From NCBI GenBank assembly GCA_965262715.1, contig OZ253553.1, forward strand, positions 1-64,000: a DNA stretch of 64,000 nucleotides. Reading direction: 5' to 3'. Shown here piece by piece: positions 60,395 to 64,000 of this stretch (position 1 is the stretch's first letter; each line of letters begins with the position of its first letter). The position numbers and the translations under genes are program-made. The stretch comes from Bdellovibrionales bacterium (GTDB lineage Bacteria; Bdellovibrionota; Bdellovibrionia; Bdellovibrionales; JAUICD01). The notes beneath the pieces were generated by a model that saw only the letters and a program-made list of their open reading frames with translations, was not told the origin of the DNA and did no database searches.

Positions 60395-60595
60395 CCAATC
60401 CTTTTGACCCTTATAAAATACTTGCTTCTCAAAATTATAACAGTAAGTTAACTCCTATAAAAGTCAACTTAAGGTGTCATGAACCTACTAAATAATTGCG
60501 ATCAAGTTGGGATTTATCTAATATTGTTTAAGATTTGCACAAAATAATTTACAAGTTCTAAATTTGTGGTATATTTGTTGTTAGGTGGTGATATT

Positions 60596-60811
60596 ATGAA
60601 AGCTACAAAAAATAATTCTCCTATTTCTATAGACTTGACTGAAGACACCAAAAGTCTTCTTGAAAATTTCTGTAAGAAAAAAGAAATAGATATCAATGAT
60701 CTAGTTGAAAATGCAATACTTGAACACATTGAAGATGAAATGGATAGGTCTATCATTACAACGAGAGAACATGAAGAATTTGTTGAGTGGAAGAAAAAAA
60801 AGCACGCCTAG
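60596..60811 (+). CDS. RHH/RelB-like antitoxin
   Basis: RBS AGGTGG; LVENAILEHIEDEMD; directly upstream of a RelE gene. Confidence 0.75.
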   Translation: MKATKNNSPISIDLTEDTKSLLENFCKKKEIDINDLVENAILEHIEDEMDRSIITTREHEEFVEWKKKKHA

Positions 60812-61076
60812 ATGGAAAATAGTTTTTCAAAAATCGGCTTATAAAGAATATCAAAAGCTTCCTCAAAAATTTCAAGAGAAGATAGACAAACTCCTAGAAC
60901 GTCTTAAAATTAACCCTTTTGATGATGTTTTAAACTTCAGGAAAATTCAAGGAAGAGAGCATTTTTATAGAATTAGAGTCGGAAATTATAGAATTGTCTA
61001 TACATTAAAGAAATCCATATTAATCATATTTATTATCAGAATAGGTCACAGAAAAGATATTTACAAATTTTTTTAA
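60771..61076 (+). CDS. RelE/ParE-family toxin (start uncertain)
   Basis: KIQGREHFYRIRVGNYRIVY..IRIGHRKDIY. Confidence 0.88.
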   Translation: MKNLLSGRKKSTPRWKIVFQKSAYKEYQKLPQKFQEKIDKLLERLKINPFDDVLNFRKIQGREHFYRIRVGNYRIVYTLKKSILIIFIIRIGHRKDIYKFF

Positions 61077-61095
61077 ATTACTCTTACTCTTATTT

Positions 61096-61285
61096 TGATT
61101 TTGTGCGTTCTTAAAGTTCTTAAAATAGAGCTTTTTGACGATGAATATTGAGTTAGCTTTTCAATATCACGAGTGGAAATCTTTAAATTGATGTAGAGTT
61201 TTAAGTAAAATCTCATCACTTTTTTCTGGAGTATTTAAAAAGTATGTAATAAACAAAGATACATAGCTAGAGTTATAAGTGGAGA
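61096..61285 (-). repeat. Island module, part A with junction
   Basis: Homologous to the other copies; ends at gttataagtggagac. Confidence 0.88.
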
Positions 61286-61347
61286 CGCACAAGACATCTT
61301 TACCAGATTTAAATATTGCTAAAAAAAGAATGAAGGATGTTTTATGA
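61284..61347 (+). pseudogene. C-terminal remnant of a HigB/Gp49-like toxin
   Basis: Manual translation THKTSLPDLNIAKKRMKDVL*, with ATGA overlap into the HTH gene. Confidence 0.5.
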
Positions 61348-61652
61348 AGAAAAAACATTATAAACCTGCAAAACCTTTTTTTAAGAAAATCCTTGAGGAT
61401 CCAGAAATACGTATTAAATATGAAGAAGAAAAAGCAAAAACTGAAATTGCTTTAATGGTTAAGAGAGCAAGAAAAAATGCTTTACTTACACAGTGTGAGT
61501 TAGCAGAGAAAATTGGAACGAGTCAAAGTGTTATTGCCAGACTAGAAGGGGGTCATGACTTATGTACACCATCACTTTCTTTGCTTTCTCGAATAGCTGG
61601 TGTTTGCGGCGGTATTTTAGAGCTTGGATTTGTTTTTAAAAAAAACTTATAA
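61344..61652 (+). CDS. XRE-family HTH protein (HigA-like antitoxin)
   Basis: LTQCELAEKIGTSQSVIARLE..PSLSLLSRIA. Confidence 0.88.
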   Translation: MKKKHYKPAKPFFKKILEDPEIRIKYEEEKAKTEIALMVKRARKNALLTQCELAEKIGTSQSVIARLEGGHDLCTPSLSLLSRIAGVCGGILELGFVFKKNL

Positions 61653-61681
61653 GATTTAACAAACTATTCTTTAAGAACTGT

Positions 61682-61890
61682 ATTGTCATTCATAGTATGA
61701 TTTTGTGTTTTTTTAAAACCCTTAAAATAGAGCTTTTTGACGATGAATATTGAGTTAGCTTTTCAATATCACGAGTGGAAAGCTTGAGATCAACATACAA
61801 TTTTAAGTAAAATTTTAGCACTTTTTTCTGGAGTGTTAAGAAGATGTGTAATAAATAAAGATACATAACTAGAATTATCGGCGGAAATGC
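61682..61890 (-). repeat. Island module, part A with junction (duplicated together with the repeat-gene tail)
   Basis: 61698-61990 is nearly identical to 54468-54760. Confidence 0.88.
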
Positions 61891-62073
61891 CTATAAACAT
61901 AGCTGCTGAAATATTATAGATTTTAGTTTTTGACAATCTGTAGCCGTAGTGCCGCCTCTTGAACCTACACAATGCCATGTATAATGTGTATTTGTATCTG
62001 AGATGGCTGCATCATTTGCTCTGCCAGCAGAGCAACCGTTTTGTTGACTCTCATCACAAACACCGTTTACTGG
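61891..62073 (-). pseudogene. Orphan single Cys repeat downstream of the stop codon of repeat-protein copy 2
   Basis: Manual translation PVNGVCDESQQNGC...TATDCQKLKSIIFQQLCL*; no start codon. Confidence 0.75.
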
Positions 62074-62111
62074 ACAGGTTTTTGAATGTTCCAGGAAAAA
62101 ATTTAGAAATT

Positions 62112-64000
62112 TTACTTACGTTTGAAACATATTGCTGATGTACCGCCATTTGAACCTTCACAATGCCATCTATAGTGGCTGTCTGTATCTGGCGCGTCGT
62201 TTGCAGTGCCCGAAGAGCAGCTATTTTTTGGGTTTTTACGGGCGTTGCTACTACAAGCACCGTGTATTGGTGGTTTCGCTTTTTGACAATCTGTAGCAGT
62301 AGCACCGCCTTTTGCGCCCATACAGAGCCATGTATAATGTGTATCTGTATCATCTATTGCGCCATCGTCTGGAGTCCCAGAGCTGCAGCCATTTCGTTGG
62401 CTGTTATCACAAACTCCTTCGATGATACTTTTTAATCTAGTACAACTTTGATTTCCACCTCCATGCAAACCTTCACAAGTCCATAGATAAAGGGTGGAAT
62501 GTGTATTATCTGGCAATGCCTTTGCAGTCCCAGCAGAGCAACCATTTCTTTGACTTTGATCACAAACGGCATCGATAGGTATCAGCTTTTGACAATCTAT
62601 AGCAGTAGTGCCGCCATTTGCACCTATGCAGTACCATGTATAATGTGTATTTGTATCTGCAATAACGCCGTCGTTTGGAGTGCCGGAAGAGCAGCTATTT
62701 TGTTTACTGTTATCACAAACGCCATGGATAGGCATTAGTTTTTGACAACTTTGTGCTGTAGTGCCGCCGTTTGCACCTACGCAGTGCCATCTATAATGAG
62801 TATTTGTATCGGCTATTGCGCCATCGTTTGCAGTGCCCGAAGAACAGTCATTTCTTTGAGCATTATTACAAGCACCGTTAATAGATTTTGCCTTTTGACA
62901 ATTTTGTGCTGTAGTGCCGCCGTTTGCACCTACGCAGTGCCATGTATAATGTGTATTTGTATCTGTTATAACTGCATCATTTGCTCTGCCGGAAGAACAG
63001 CTATTTCTTTGACTGTTATTACAAACGCCGTTAATAGGTTTTGCCTTTTGACAATTTGTAGCAGTACTGCCGCCATTTGAACCTTCACAATGCCATGTAT
63101 AATGAGTGTTTGTATCGGCTATAGCTGAGTCATTTGCTCTGCCAGCAGTACAGCTATTTCTTTGGCTGTTATTACAAACACCGTTTACTGGTGCAGGTTT
63201 CTCTTTTTGACAATTTTGTGCTGTAGTGCCGCCATTTGTACCTACACAGTGCCATGTATAATGTGTATTTGTATCAGCTATAGCTAAGTCACTTGCTGTG
63301 CCGGAAGAACAACCATTTTGTTGACTGTTATTACAAACACCGTTGACTGGTGCAGGTTTCGCTTTTTGACAATTTGTAGCTGTACTGCCTCCATTTGCAC
63401 CTACACAGTGCCATGTATAATGAGTATTTGTATCTGCTATCGCTGAGTCATTTGCAGTTCCAGAAGAACAACCATTTTGTTGACTGTTATTACAAACGCC
63501 GTTTACTGGTGCAGGTTTCGCTTTTTGACAATTTGTAGCTGTACTGCCTCCATTTGCACCTACACAGTGCCATGTATAATGAGTATTTGTATCTGCTATC
63601 GCTGAGTCATTTGCAGTTCCAGAAGAACAACCATTTTGTTGACTGTTATTACAAACGCCGTTTACTGGTGCAGATTTTGCTTTTTGACAATTTGTAGCAG
63701 TGCTGCCTCCATTTGAACCTTCACAGTGCCATGTATAATGAGTGTTTGTATCGGCTATAGCTGCATCATTTGCTGTGCCCGAAGAACAACCATTTTGTTG
63801 ACTGTTATTACAGACGCCATTGACAGGGATAGCTTTTGTACAACTTGCTGTTGCACCACCATTTGAGCCAACACAATGCCATGTATAATGAGTACTTGTA
63901 TCAGCTATTGCGCCGTCGTCTGGAGTCCCAGCAGTACAATCATTTCTGATGGTGTCATCGCCGCAAACACCATTTATTGGTGCTGCTGTATCAATGGCCA
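62112..64000 (-). CDS. Second Cys tandem-repeat surface protein (5' end outside the window), 12 repeats in the window
   Basis: Cys codons of the repeats checked between 62.7 and 64 kb share the frame of track ORF 62112-62735; 63680-64000 is near-identical to 55316-55642. Confidence 0.85.
   Translation of the reverse strand, partial: AIDTAAPINGVCGDDTIRNDCTAGTPDDGAIADTSTHYTWHCVGSNGGATASCTKAIPVNGVCNNSQQNGCSSGTANDAAIADTNTHYTWHCEGSNGGSTATNCQKAKSAPVNGVCNNSQQNGCSSGTANDSAIADTNTHYTWHCVGANGGSTATNCQKAKPAPVNGVCNNSQQNGCSSGTANDSAIADTNTHYTWHCVGANGGSTATNCQKAKPAPVNGVCNNSQQNGCSSGTASDLAIADTNTHYTWHCVGTNGGTTAQNCQKEKPAPVNGVCNNSQRNSCTAGRANDSAIADTNTHYTWHCEGSNGGSTATNCQKAKPINGVCNNSQRNSCSSGRANDAVITDTNTHYTWHCVGANGGTTAQNCQKAKSINGACNNAQRNDCSSGTANDGAIADTNTHYRWHCVGANGGTTAQSCQKLMPIHGVCDNSKQNSCSSGTPNDGVIADTNTHYTWYCIGANGGTTAIDCQKLIPIDAVCDQSQRNGCSAGTAKALPDNTHSTLYLWTCEGLHGGGNQSCTRLKSIIEGVCDNSQRNGCSSGTPDDGAIDDTDTHYTWLCMGAKGGATATDCQKAKPPIHGACSSNARKNPKNSCSSGTANDAPDTDSHYRWHCEGSNGGTSAICFKRK

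Noticed and set aside
38546..61890. Classical integron
   Set aside because: No IntI/tyrosine recombinase in the window and no RYYYAAC...GTTRRRY attC palindromes recognised; the module is long and not palindromic
54690..64000. Regular 153-159-bp repeats as a CRISPR array
   Set aside because: Whole units are repeated with no unique spacers, they are in-frame coding repeats, and no cas genes are present

Overview
AT-rich bacterial chromosomal window. FQNC/SQNC lipoprotein-like motifs, a pilin-leader giant protein and the short tmRNA tag suggest Bdellovibrionota/Oligoflexia (inference only). The left part (1-23.3 kb) is mostly core: thiolase, an isolated nuoM-nuoN pair, an 1840-aa Cys-rich protein with a prepilin-type N-terminus and an in-frame C19 tract, speB, O-methyltransferase, queG, ABC ATPase, GT2, coaD and aspartate aminotransferase. 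A tmRNA gene (23340-23694) is followed by a >40 kb accessory region: NYN, RES and HEPN-like proteins, about seven toxin-antitoxin loci (many with the toxin broken), two ankyrin paralogs, two Cys-rich tandem-repeat surface-protein genes, and IS30 (x2), IS3, IS1595 and IS256 elements plus IS debris. The most notable unexplained structure is a ~420-bp module without terminal inverted repeats, whole or partial at nine loci between 38.5 and 61.9 kb. It is always on the minus strand, has shared ends and shared frameshifts, and separates unrelated cargo like a cassette array. No integrase is present in the window. Two families of dispersed structured repeats with compensatory base changes also occur. 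No CRISPR array, rRNA, tRNA or reverse transcriptase was found.
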